Origin: Octopus vulgaris
Taxonomy: Eukaryota
Length of the DNA: 64,000 nucleotides
Direction of reading: 5' to 3'
Assembly: GCA_951406725.2 (NCBI GenBank)
Contig: OX597817.1
Span: 161,262,001 to 161,326,000 of the forward strand
A program made the position numbers and the translations under genes. The notes under the pieces were generated by a model, which had not been told where the DNA came from, did not search any database, and saw only the letters and a list, made by a program, of their open reading frames with translations. Below are positions 39,243 through 51,668 of this stretch, one piece after another. How positions within the stretch are numbered: position 1 is the stretch's first letter; each line of letters begins with the position of its first letter.

Positions 39243-40974
39243 CCACTGCTTAATCATAGTGTACAAATGTGTGTACATATGTCTGTATGCATATGTGTGT
39301 GTGCATGCATGCATGTTGCATGATGCATTAAAAAGAAAGTAAGCTAGCAAAAATTTACCGAACAAAAATCCACCCCATTAATCACCCTTTTAGCATGTTC
39401 TCGTATGACAGTTCTTTTATGGTAGCACCCATAACTCTCACTTCTTAATGGCTTTGCTTTCTACATTACATTTTCAACAAGAATTTGATCCTTAATGAAA
39501 TTTGGTCCCCTACACAATATTTCAACATTTTAGGTGTGGGTCCTTACCGTAATTATAAACAAACCTGGAGAGTATTTTCATTTCTTGCTTCTTCTTCTTC
39601 TTCTTCTTGTTCTTCTTTGTTTCTTCAGATAATTTCAACCATTGTGCTTGTAGCCTGCACTTATGATAGTTGTTGTTATTCTAAGAATGCTATTAGCTCT
39701 CTTATCTGCAGCTGCAGTCTATTTGTGTAGGAAGCATATCAAAGATCTGTCTATACAACGACCGACTTCAGTGGAACGGCTCTTCATCTTAGAAGTGTGA
39801 TTTACATTATTTGAACTGAAATGTAAACAAATATTTCAAAAATTAAGGGGTAATTATTACTAATGAGACAACAAATTCAGTTTATTCAAGTTCGTTTCAC
39901 TACAGCTTTGATGTCATAAATAGCTTTGAATATCTCGGGAGTGATCAACAAATATTTCAAGCATACTTTCAGTCACTGAGGACTTGTTCGTGTGTTTATT
40001 AAAAAGAAATTTTGCATGTTTAATTAAGACTCACTAAAAACCAATGTTTGGCTGCAGTTCTATGGTGTTTCAGTCATTAGACTGTAGCCATGCTGGGACA
40101 CTGCCTTCAAGGACTTCTAGTCAAATGAATTGGCCTTGTACTTTTTTTTCGTTTTTAAACCTAGTACTTATTCTATCAATCTCTTTTGCCAAACTGCTAT
40201 GTTATGAGGATGTAAATCCACCAACGCCAGTTGTCAAGCAGTGTAGGTGGACAAACACAGATACAAAGACACGCACACACATATCCATCCATCCATCCAT
40301 CTATCTATCTATCTATCTATCTTTATATATATTTCTATGAATAGAAAATCTCTTTTGTTTCCTTTCAACTGAATGTACTTCACAACCTTCTAGCAGTTCA
40401 AAATAACTTAAAGAATATTCTTCAGTCATAAGATAAACTCTACTACCTTAATGTTCTTAAAATTCAAATCGACATCTTTGTCTATATATCTACTTTCTCT
40501 ATAGTGTTATCAATTAATATGAAAATTATGTATTAATGGAAAATCTCTATAAATGGCTGATGATTGCTCAACATTTTAAAACTGTTGTAATACTTACAAT
40601 ATTTAATAAAATGATGTAGCGTGAAACGATCGTACCAAATTACCGAAGATATCCTTGTTGCTTATTTTGATTATACATATATATATAGATATATATTTGT
40701 GTGTATGTGTATACAACAGGTTCCTTTCACTTCCCATTACCAAATCCACTCACAAGGCTTCGGTTGGCCCAAGACTATAGAAGATGTTTGCACAAAGTGC
40801 CATCAGTGGGATTGAACTTGGAACTATGTAGTTGAGAAGCAAACTTCTTACTATACAACCAAAGAAAGATATTTTCCTCTAGGTAAGACACTAGTCTGTC
40901 AAATGCAACAATCCCATTATGGCCACTGCCATAAAACCATCCGTCCATTGTCCTCACTAATCATTAATCCTAGG

Positions 40975-41162
40975 AGGATTATTGGGGCAAAGTCCTCAGG
41001 CACCTCGTCATCAAGATCCTTTCAGAAGCATACATCATTACACTTTGTGGCTGGATTTCCAAACATGACCAACTAAAACTATGGATATTATTATCCAGCC
41101 ATCTCATTCTTGGTTTCCCTCTAGGTCTCTTGCCGGTTGGCTCAGCTCAAAGAATCCATTTT
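40975..41162 (-). mobile_element. RTE (Rex3/Expander-like) LINE 3' ORF remnant
   Basis: WIL*AEPTGKRPRGKPRMRWLDNNIHSFSWSCLEIQPQSV, containing the RTE G.RPRGRP..RW.D motif. Confidence 0.8.
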
Positions 41163-41269
41163 GTGATTCTTGCATCCCCTTGCAAATGGAAATCTGAGGT
41201 AGTTGTGCACATGCATGTGCCTCTGTGTGTGTGTGTTGTTGTTGTTATTGCTGATGCTTACATCATTTA

Positions 41270-41802
41270 AAATACATAAATAAATGCGCCCTTTTAAAGC
41301 CTAGCCAGGCTCATGGGCCCGGTTTCCCGGTTTCAATGGCGTATGTGTTCCCCAGTCCATTGCAGCGTTACTCATTTTTGCCAGCTGAGTGGACAGGAGC
41401 AACATGAAATGAAGTGTTTTGTGCAAGAATACAGCGCGTCGCCAAGTCCAGGGATCGAAACCACAATCTTACGATCATGATGCTGACACCCTAACCACTA
41501 AGCCACGCACCTCCACTCTCACATCATTTAATAATAATAAATAAATGCGCTCTTTTAAAGCCTAACCAGGCTCATGGGCCCGGTTTCCCGGTTTCAATGG
41601 CGTATGTGTTCCCCAGCTGGACAGGACGCCAGTCCATCGCAGCGTTACTCATTTTTGCCAGCTGAGTGGACTGGAGCAACGTGAAATGAAGTGTTTTGCT
41701 CAAGAACACAACGCGTCGCCTGGTCCAGGAATCGAAATCACAATCTTACGATCATGATGCCATGATGCTGACACCCTAACCACTAAGCCATGCACCTCCA
41801 CT
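41270..41802 (-). mobile_element. Two tandem family C SINEs (head + B2 + tail T2)
   Basis: ct(t/c)acatcattta at 41257, 41518 and 41803 brackets both copies. Confidence 0.9.
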
Positions 41803-42177
41803 CTTACATCATTTAGGAGCATTTATTTATTTTTTTTTTTTGTTCTTGTTCTATCACATTGGTAGCACAAGACTAAAATAGTTGTTGCTAACGATGACCT
41901 GGTGTTAAACGAACCTTTGATTATCTATCTATAGACTCTCTGATCCAGAGTCTTTGTTGCTATTGTTGTTAATTTTAGTTTTGCTGCCTATCATGATCGA
42001 GTCACTGAACATATTACCTTTCTACCTGCTGTGCTTCCACTAAGGGTGCAACACTTGAAAATAGTTGTTGCTAACGGTGACCTGATGCTAAACAATCCTT
42101 TGATTCAACTGCTGATGGTTACCATGCTTTGAAGGTAACTTGATAGATTCCTCTCTGACTGGAGTCAGATTATGAAA

Positions 42178-42181
42178 CTAT

Positions 42182-42241
<60 letters not shown>

Positions 42242-43052
42242 CACCACCACCACCTCTGCCACTACTACTACTGCTACCACCACCACCTCCGCCAGTACTA
42301 CTACTACTACTGCTACCACCACCACCTCTGCCACTACTACTACTGCTACCACCACCACCTCCACCAGTACTACTACTACTACTGCTACCACCACCACCTC
42401 CGCCAGTACTACTACTACTACTGCTACCACCACCACCTCCGCCAGTACTACTACTACTACTGCTACCACCACCACCTCCGCCACTACTACTACTACTACC
42501 ACCACCACCACCTCCAGTACTACTACTACTACTGCTACCACCACCACCTCTGCCACTACTACTACTGCTACCACCACCACCTCCGCCACTACTACTACTG
42601 CTACCACCACCACCACCGCCACTACTACTACTACTACTACTGCTACCACCACCACCTCCGCCACTACTACTACTACTACCACCACCACCACCTCTGCCAC
42701 TACTAATACTATTACCACCACTACCACCGTACAACTACTAATACTATCATCACCATTGCTACCACCACCACCTCCGCCACTACTACTACTACTACTACTA
42801 CTACCACCTCTGCCACTACTAGTACTACTACCACCACTACCACCATACTACTACTAATACTATCACCACCATTGCTACCACCACCATCACCACCACTGCT
42901 ACCACCACCACCAATGCTACTACTACAGCTACCACCACCACCACCACTGCCATTATTACTACTACTACTGCTGCTGTTGCTACCATCACCATCACCACCA
43001 CAATCTCCACCACCATTAATCCTGCCACCACCACCACCACCACTACTACTAC
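42178..43052. repeat. (CTA)/(CCA) compound repeat with about 33-39 bp higher-order unit
   Basis: ctgctaccaccaccacctc(c/t)gcca(c/g)tactacta recurring. Confidence 0.95.
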
Positions 43053-43508
43053 TTCAATGATGCCCAACAATGTCTACAACTAAATAAACAACTACACTGT
43101 TACCTATCTTACCCTTACCCCTTTCAAAGGTTCCAAGATTAGGTTGGGTTTTGTACCTGCTTCATTGTTTAGCGAAGGAAACATTATCTCACCCTAAACT
43201 GAATCTCTTGCTCTATATCAGCTGGGTCAACTGACATCTGCCCCATCTCCCACATATATTATATTGTATTGTATCTTACAACTGTAGATATCCCTTTTGG
43301 ATCCCCTCATTCCCATCACTGGCAAAAACTTATGGAAGCAAAAAGTAGAACAAATTTTAGCAGGCTTAGCTGTGTGGTTAAGCACCTAGCTTTGCAACCA
43401 TGTAGCTTTGAGTTCAGTCCCACTGCACAGCACCTTGGACCAGCCACCACCTTGTGAATGAATATGACAGGTGGAAACAGTTTGAAAACCTGTTATGTGT
43501 GCGTGTTT

Positions 43509-43556
<48 letters not shown>

Positions 43557-43833
43557 CATTGTTGTTGTTATTATGGTCAGGCTCCAACCCAAGCCTTTTT
43601 AGTTTTTTGGCCTTTCAATAGCTTAATACTGACAGAAGCCATGAGAGCCACTGCCTGGTACTGCATCAGGGAAAGTCACTGCCTGGTAATGCATCAGGGC
43701 ATTATCTTATCATTATTATTATTATTATTATTATTATTGTTATTGTTATTGTCACTGCTTGGCACATATGGCATAGTGGTTAAGAGTTCAATTCCAAGCA
43801 GTGATCTGAACAGCAACAACAACAATGATGATG

Positions 43834-43870
<37 letters not shown>

Positions 43871-43877
43871 TAACACC

Positions 43878-44010
43878 TTAGGAATGAGAACGCAGGTTCA
43901 AAATTTCCCCCCAAGACACCTAAAGAAGGCTGGAGGGTATATCAGCCGAAACATGTTAACAACAAACAAGATGAGGACAAATATCCATCGAATGTAAATA
44001 ATGTAAATAA
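43878..44010 (+). mobile_element. Probable Penelope-like terminal fragment with degenerate hammerhead
   Basis: acac-ctaaaga-a-ggctg gagggtatat cagcc-gaaac; core G5 mutated; lies next to (AAT)n. Confidence 0.45.
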
Positions 44011-44659
44011 ACTCATTATACTTCTACAATACACAAAATATTCTGAAATGTTTTTATATACACTTCCTAATAATGTTCTTTTTTACTCCAGGCACAAGGA
44101 GTAAATTTGGGGGGAGGGGCCAGTCGATTAGATTGTCCCGAGTATGCAATTGGTACTTAATTTATCGACCCCAAAATGATGAAAGGCAAAGTTGACCTCG
44201 GAGGAATTTGAACTCAGAACATAAAGACAGACGAAATACTGCTAAGCATTTTGCCTGGCATGCTAATGATTCTGCCAGCTTGCTGCCTTACACTTACTTC
44301 CTAATAATATTTAAAAAGCACCGGTGCCACATAAAAAGGATAGGTGATGATGTGACATAAAAAGCACTGGTTCTGGTGCCACATAAAAAGCACCCAGTAC
44401 ATTCTGTAAAGCAGTTGGCATTAGGAAGGGTATCCAGCTGTAAAAACCATACCAAAACAGACAATGGAACCTGGTGTGGCTCCTGTCAAACCGTCCAACC
44501 CATGCCAGCATGGGAAACAGATATTAAATGATTATGATTATGGTGAAGAATATAATTTTTAAAATATTAAATGGTTATGAGGTTCCAATAGAGTAAAATT
44601 AAAATCAAAGGAGTCCATAGATAAAAAACGGTTGAGAACCACTGATTCACACAGACAGA

Positions 44660-45205
44660 GTGGAGGTGCATGGCTTAATGGTGAGGGTGTTGGACTCGTG
44701 ATCATACGATTGTGGTTTCAATTCCTGGACCAGGCGATGTGTTGTGTCCTTGAGCAAAACACTTCATTTTTCACATTACTCTAGTCCACTCAGCTTTTTG
44801 TTCCTTCTCGAGCCACGCCTGACTCATGAGGGCCGGTTTCCCAGTCTCCTTGGCGTACAGGTTCCCCACCTGGACAGGACGCCGGTCTGTCACAGGTGAG
44901 CTGCAAGATGCAGGAGGAAAGAGTGAGAGAAAGTTGTGGCGAAAGAGTCAGCAGAAGTTCGCTATTACCTTCTGCCGGAGCTGTGTGGAACTTAGGTGTT
45001 TCGATCATAAACACACACATCGCCCGGTCTGAGATTCGAACCTGAGATCCCTCGACCATGAATTCGCTGCTCTAACCACTAAGCAATGTGCCTCCACAGT
45101 CCACTCAGCTGGCAAAAATGAATAATCCTGTGATGGACCGGTGTCCCGTCCAGGTGGGGGCATATATGCACCATGAAACCAGGAAACTGGTCCTTATGAA
45201 TCAAC
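44660..45205 (+). mobile_element. Family C SINE (B2+T2) interrupted by another SINE
   Basis: Halves 44660-44795 and 45098-45205 rejoin across the TSD. Confidence 0.85.
44796..45097 (-). mobile_element. Family C SINE (B1'+T2), nested insertion
   Basis: 13-bp TSD agtccactcagct at 44783-44795 and 45098-45110. Confidence 0.92.
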
Positions 45206-45940
45206 ATGGAAAGATAACTTTACCCTACTTTTACACACGCATGCACACGCACACACATACACACACACAGTGGTAAAATCCATTGATAAATGCAGGGTAC
45301 TTAGAATATTGGGTGGGTAATGCTGACTGTTTGGGTCGAGTTCATTGACTGAATGCATTGTGGCTGCACACATTATCGATTTCCTTTCTAATAGGAGTCA
45401 GTTACATCAGTGCACCACCAAATTGCAACTACACTATTAATAACTGCATCAATACATCGAAACGAGTTAAAAATATTCATTTCATTTAACCAGATGTTTT
45501 TACATAATACAGTGTTTTTTATATAACAACAGAGTCTCGTGGCTGGTGGAGGAGTTGTATTTAAACACATTTCTCTCTGACTAATGAATTGAAACGACTG
45601 TGTTTTCCTACCACTCTGGCTGCTTTGCTATCTGTCTGTGGAATATTAATTTCTTTTGACTAGGCTCCTGGCCAAACATTGTTAGTGGGGTGAGATAATC
45701 GACCGACTGAATCAGCCTACTTGTCTATATCATCTATATCGTCGTCATCACCATCATCATTATTATCATCATCATTACCATGATCACTACCATCGTCATT
45801 ACCATTATCATCATCATCGCTGTTGTCATCATCACCATCACCATCATTGTCATCACCTTCATTATCATATCATTGTCGCCATCATCAGTACTATCATCAT
45901 CGTCACCGACATGATGATGATCGTCATGAGGAGGAGGAGG

Positions 45941-46276
45941 AGACCCCCTTCAGCCATGAATGACCATGGGATTGCACCTAGAAAGTTACCCTCCGAGGCA
46001 CAAGTCCAGGTAAGGTTGTTTTATGGAAGGCCAGCAGTCGCCCATGCATACCAACCTCCCCTCTCTATGCCACTGATGTCATCCCAGAGAAAGGCAAAGG
46101 CCGATACAGCTCGGCACCAGTGATGTCGCAACTCATTTGTACAGCTGAGTGAACTGGAGCAATGTGAAATAAAGTGTCTTGCTCAAGAATACAACACTCA
46201 GCCTCGTCTGGGAATCGAACTCACAACCTCACGATCATAAGCTCGACATTCTAACCACTGAGCCATGCGCCTTCAC
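45941..46276 (-). mobile_element. Family C-related SINE (B2' + tail T4)
   Basis: tRNA-like head; second copy at about 51690-52000; flanks tgatgatc(g/a)tcat. Confidence 0.8.
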
Positions 46277-46970
46277 TGATGATCATCATTATCATGATAC
46301 TTGTTGTTGTCATGGGTCCACTGTTCTTGCTTGCATGGGTTGGACAGGTCTTCTGCACAGTGTTACCACTGGTGATTTTTGTCATCTCTTTTATGTAGCT
46401 CAGCCTCCTGAACAAACCAATTGAATGTATGAGGAGCATTATTTGTTCCCACAGAAAATTTTAAATCAAGCAGTCCTAACCACTGTATATACAATGACCC
46501 ACCACTACCACCACCATCAACAACAGCAACAACAACACTTGAACACACCAGAGCAATACTAAGCACTTCATTTTTGTATTTGGTTTGCAAGATTCTTGGT
46601 GTGAACTTATGTGTTGAAACTTTTTTTTTGTATCTTGGGAGGGTCATTATGCCAATACTAAACACATGCACTGGTTCTATTTCACTTCTTTTATCATTAT
46701 TAACCAAATGAAGGTGATGAGTTGACAGAATTGTTAGCACATCAGGAAAAATGCTTAGCAGTGTTTCTCTTTGCTCTTTACATTCTGATTTCAAATTCCA
46801 TTGAGGTCAACAATACCTTTTATCCTTTTCAGGTTAAGAAAAAATGTACAGTCAAGAACTGATGTTGAGGAAAAAAAAATACAGTCAAGTGGATGTAACC
46901 GACTGGCTCCTTCCCTCTAAAATTGCTGGCCTTGTGCCAAAATTTGAAGCCATTATTATTTGTGAGGAGG

Positions 46971-47139
46971 TTAACCATTTAGCCAATTAAGTAATCAATT
47001 GATCAATTAATTACTTAGTCAATCAATCAGGTAGGTTTGTCAAGCAACAAAAGGATTTTTACAAACCTACCTGACTGATTAATTGATCAAATAATTAATC
47101 TAGCAATTAATTAGTTTAGTTGATTGGTTAAATGGTTAA
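46971..47139. mobile_element. Palindromic MITE-like element
   Basis: ttaaccatttagccaat...attggttaaatggttaa outer arms and tcaggtaggtttgt / acaaacctacctga inner arms. Confidence 0.7.
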
Positions 47140-48048
47140 TCAATTGATTAATAACAATGAAAGCAACCAACACATGTATATGTTATTGGCATATTTATCC
47201 CCACTTAAACGTAGATGTTCTGTTAGAACTAACTATACCGCAGTAGTTACCATGAGAGAACCTTTCACATTGGCTTTTGGTACAAAATGCATTCTTATAT
47301 CTTTTATAAAAAATCCGTTCTGTCTGTCTGTCTGTGTCTTCTAGGATCAGGGGCAGCCTCCATCCGATTATGCTCAAATTTGATATGTAGATACTGATGG
47401 TATCAGGGCATGTATAAGTCTAGAAAAAACTACAAAAATCGATTCCAGGTGAGAGTGTGATCGATAAAGCTGTGGGAACGTGCATTTGTATGTGCAAGTA
47501 CATCAGCTGTTGCGATTGATACTGCACGTATGCGAGAAAAATGTACATGCAGTTTGCGCAAAAAAAGCCGGCTAACCCATTTGCATGCATTGTTTTTGTC
47601 CTGCTTTTCTTCCGTCAACCTGTACATAACTGCGCCTTCCATTTTTTGTTGTTTTTGTACTGCTTAAAGGCACGTTTCTTTCCTGCCAAGCTTACTGTTT
47701 AAACCATGTTTGTATTCTCCCAGTCAACAGCCTTATCATTACCGGTACTTTAAACTCTTCGGTTGCATATTTGTGTGAATAAAATCGTTTTTCTTTGGAA
47801 TAGAAAAAAGTCTATCTTTTTTTCTTCTTTTGCTGGTGTCTCAAATTTAGGTTAAATCAGTGTTTCTCAAAGGGGAGGCCTATGAGACGGTCGAACAAGT
47901 TGTTTTGAGAAAATTTGGTTTAAATGTTTGACAACTCAGCACCATCCATTGGATGGGGGGGGGCCTTTGCTCGTTGTTAATATAAAGATAAACAAGAATT
48001 CATTTTGCACTTATTAGCAATGTAGACAAGAGCCAATGTGAGAGGTTC

Positions 48049-48128
48049 AGGACCTCCGTAATGCTATGATGGACCGTGAAGTCTGGCGTAACATAGTAAA
48101 TTCCACGGTCGAACAATGATGATGATGA
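48049..48128 (+). mobile_element. RTE-clade LINE 3' end, severely 5' truncated
   Basis: Encodes DLRNAMMDREVWRNIVNSTVEQ*, (TGA)n tail, TSD tgagaggttc at 48039-48048 and 48129-48138. Confidence 0.85.
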
Positions 48129-48184
48129 TGAGAGGTTCTCTCATGGTAACTAGTGCAGTATAATTTGTTCTAACAGAACATCCA

Positions 48185-48553
48185 TTCTTTTACTTGTTTC
48201 AGTCATTTGACTGCGGCCATGCTGGAGCACCACCTTAAAGGGTTTCAGTTGAACAAATAGACCCAAAAACTTATTCTTTGTAAGCCTAGTACTTATTCTA
48301 TTGGTGTCTTTTGCCGAACCACTAAGTTATGGGGACATAAACACACCAACATCGGTTGTCAAGTGATGGCTGGGTGACAAACACATAAATATATATATGA
48401 CAGTTTTTTCTCAGTTTCCATCTACCAAATTCACTCACAAGGCTTTGGTTGGCCCTCAGACTATAGTAAAAGACACTTCCCCAAGGTGCCATGCAGTGGG
48501 ACTGAACCTGGAACCAATGTGGTTGGGAAGCAAGCTTCTTACCACACAGCCAC
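48185..48553 (-). mobile_element. Family B SINE
   Basis: Consensus match. Confidence 0.88.
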
Positions 48554-48557
48554 ACCA

Positions 48558-48783
48558 TAACCCTTTAGCATTCAGATTATTCTGTCAAATGTAACACTTA
48601 TTTATTCACATCATTTTGAATTTATCCTGCATTCTCTTGTAGCTTTGAGAATTTGATTGTGCAGCTGTATTTTTGGGGGCTAATATTGTCAAGTATGTGT
48701 GAGAGGCTGGATCTGGCCAGTCTGATCATAAAACAGGAAGAATATTTTGACCAGATATGGTCAGTTTAAATGCTGTAGAGTAA
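48558..48783. mobile_element. piggyBac-like MITE, second family, degenerate
   Basis: taaccctttagcattc...aaatgctgtagagtaa; related to 12445-12622. Confidence 0.6.
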
Positions 48784-48818
48784 AGTGGGGGTACATATTA
48801 CTGTCACTAATATATATT

Positions 48819-49034
48819 CTTTTCTGCTCTAGGCACAAGGCCTGAAATTTTTGGGGAGGGGGGCAGTTGATTAGATTGATCCCAGTATGCAACTGGTACT
48901 TAATTTATCAACCCCAAAAGGATGAAAGGCAAAGTCGACCTCGGTGGAATTTGAACTCGGAACGTAAAGACAGCTGAAATACCGCTAAGCATTTTGGTCG
49001 GCATGCTAACATTTCTGCCAGCTCTCCGCCTTCC
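48819..49034 (-). mobile_element. Family A SINE
   Basis: TSD ctgt(c/a)actaatatatatt at 48801-48818 and 49035-49052. Confidence 0.92.
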
Positions 49035-49139
49035 CTGTAACTAATATATATTATTGCTCTAATGACCCCTACCTATATACAATAAAATATTTGCAATACT
49101 GTACTGAAAACACTATCTCATTATCCCCTTTAGCCTAGA

Positions 49140-49526
49140 CTAGCAGTATCACCTGGCGTTGCTCAGGTTTGTTTCGTCCCTTTAGAATTGGAATTTTTGA
49201 AAAGTAAAAATTTTGCATTATGTAGCTTGTTATTCTCTTGAAGTGAACATTTTTCTGGTTGAAATACACTGAAAAATGGTGACACAGCAATAAAAAAATC
49301 ATAAAAAATAGGGATTTTCATAGAAAAGAAGCACCTTTTTTATGTAAATAATTTTTGGTCTTAACATGGTCCGATTTGAATTTTATCTTCTACAGAATGA
49401 AGAGCAAACCTTCTATCATACTCTCAATTTTGGTCAACTTGCGCCGCAGGGTCTCAGAGGAAATAGTGTTCATTGAAGGCTACCAAACTTGCCATGCACA
49501 GACAACTTCAGCTTTATATATATAGA
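49140..49526 (-). mobile_element. Non-autonomous Helitron
   Basis: Minus strand starts TCtatatatataaagctgaagttgtctg and ends with an imperfect hairpin (49151-49168) plus CTAG (49140-49143). Confidence 0.7.
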
Positions 49527-49964
49527 CAAACATGTAAACACCACAAAACAGAAATAGCTGTAGCACCAATAGCTCCATTAGCTCCAAGAACCATATTGGA
49601 TGTTGGTTACCGATGGTAAATGTGGAGAAGCATAGTGCTACCGTTGCATTCTGAGTTCACCGTAATTGCTTTGTTGCTGTTGAAATCATCAGAATCTGGA
49701 GGACTTCAAAAATAGACTAGACATGTCTAGACTGCAGTACTTCTGCCTCTGCAATTAATGACTGCATAGTCATCAGCTAGGGAGAAGGCGTTGCATATCT
49801 GGAACAATATAATATGCCTGTGACTCACAACAACCCATTGTTGGCTCTCAACCACCTACATGCCATAGGCTGACCTGGGGCTACAGAGCATTATCATCAT
49901 CATCATCATAATCATCATCATCATCATCATCACCACCACCATCACCATCACCCTCCATCATCAC

Positions 49965-50180
49965 CTATTTCTTTACTACCCACAAGGGGCTAAACAAGGA
50001 CAGACAAAGGGATTAAGTCGATTACATCGTCCCCAGTGCGTAACTGGTACTTAATTTATCGACCCCGAAAGGATGAAAGGCAAAGTCGACCTCGGCGGAA
50101 TTTGAACTCAGAATGTAGTGGCAGACGAAATACTGCTAAGCATTTCGCCCAGCATGCTAACATTTCTGCCAGCTCGTCAC
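49965..50180 (-). mobile_element. Family A SINE
   Basis: Consensus match; further copies at 44075-44290 (-), 46710-46955 (+) and 52392-52620 (-). Confidence 0.88.
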
Positions 50181-50372
50181 CATCGTTACCATCATCATTT
50201 AACATCAATGTTTCAAGCTGGCATGGGTTAGATGGTTTCACAAGATCCATTGGGTTCAAAGACTGCATTATGCACCACTGTCTGCTTTGGCATGGCTTCT
50301 AATGGTTGGATGCTCTTCTAATGCCAACAGTCCATACTGAGTGCTTTTTATCATGCCACCATCACTAGTGAG

Positions 50373-50647
50373 TTTGTTTCTTCTCGAGCCACACCTGGCT
50401 CATAGGGCTGGTTTCCCGGTTTCCTTGGCGTATAGGTTCTCCGCCTGGATGGGACGCTGGTCTGTCACAGGTGAGCTGCAAGATGCAGGAGGAAGAGTCA
50501 GCAGAAGTTCGCTATTACCTTCTGCCAGAGCCGCGTGGAGCTTAGGTGTTTCGCTCATAAACACACACATCGCCCGGTCTGAGATTCGAACCCACGATCC
50601 CACGACCGCGAGTCCACTGCTCTAACCACTAGGCCATGTGCCTCCAC
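50373..50647 (-). mobile_element. Family C SINE (B1'+T2)
   Basis: TSD actagtgag at 50364-50372 and 50651-50659. Confidence 0.9.
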
Positions 50648-50983
50648 AATACTAGTGAGACGAGGTTGCCAGTAATCTGTAGCACTAAATTTCTGAATTA
50701 TACCTAGTGCTTCCATCAAGGACCTATATCAAGGTTCTCCAACCACCCTGTCACAGAGCAGTACCAGGCTGTGGACCACTTGGTACCATATTGCACAGAG
50801 AGAATAAATTTTAAAATTTTAGTTCAGCTTTATCAACTCTCACAGTCTGCAGGGTGTTTTACATTATATTATCTTCAGTCTGTCATTGCAACTCTGATTG
50901 TTCATGGCTTTGGCATGTCTTGATAAGCTTTCACCCCACTGGTTGGTTTTTCGCTTGTGTTTATTATGATTTATTATTATCAT

Positions 50984-51552
50984 AGGTGCAGGAGTGGTTG
51001 TGTGGTAAGTAGCTTGCTTACCAACCACATGGTTCTGGGTTCAGTCCCACTCTGTGGTACCTTGGGTAAGTGTCTTCTACTATAACCTCGGGCCGACCAA
51101 AACCTTGTAAGTGGATTTGGTAAGCACCAACCGATCGTGGCTGCTGCCAGCCTCCCCTGGCACGTAAAAAGCACTCACTACACTCATGGAGTAGTTGGTG
51201 CTAGGAAGGGCATCTAGCTGTAGAAACACTGCCAGATCAGACTGGAGCCTGGTGCAGCCTCCTGACTTCCCAGAACCCGATCGAACCGTCCAACCCATGC
51301 TATCATGGAAAACGGACGTTAAACAATGATGATGATGTATGTGTGTGTGTGTATATGTCTGTGTTTGTCCCCCCCCCCCCCAGCATCGCTTAACAACCGA
51401 TGCTGGTGTGTTTACATCCCCGTAACTTAGCGGTTCGGCAGAAGAGACCAATAGAATAAGTCCTAGGCTTACAAAGAATAAGTCCTGGGGTTGATTTGCT
51501 TGACTAAAAGGCAGTGCTCCAGCATGGCCGCAGTCAAATGACTGAAACAAGT
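50984..51552 (+). mobile_element. Family B SINE with a family D 3' segment (51125-51337) inside
   Basis: B head to ggatttggta, then D sequence to (GAT)n, then B resumes at the (GT)n tract. Confidence 0.85.
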
Positions 51553-51554
51553 AT

Positions 51555-51668
51555 CTTTTAATCTCAGTTGAGGTCTTCCATAGTTTCTTTTTACCCTTGG
51601 ATAGTTAGGAGTAAGGGGTTTGTCTAGGGAGTCTGATGTAGTCCATACTATGCCACATGACCCATTAT
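51555..51668 (-). mobile_element. RTE-like LINE ORF remnant
   Basis: Frameshifted GHV / MDYIRLPRQTPYS*LSKG / KRNYGRPQLRLKD. Confidence 0.55.

Larger units (their letters stand above)
47195..48798. mobile_element. Long-TIR element with nested insertions
   Basis: Left arm gatgttctgttagaac...cacattggct (47214-47275) mirrored at 48031-48182, with probable continuation aagtgggg at 48783. Confidence 0.65.

Noticed and set aside
42165-42741. Gly/Ser-rich structural-protein-like ORF
   Set aside because: Compound trinucleotide repeat open in several frames, with no splice or signal context
43649-43700. miR-200-like cactgcctggtaatg duplicated
   Set aside because: Direct tandem duplication, no hairpin, seed incomplete
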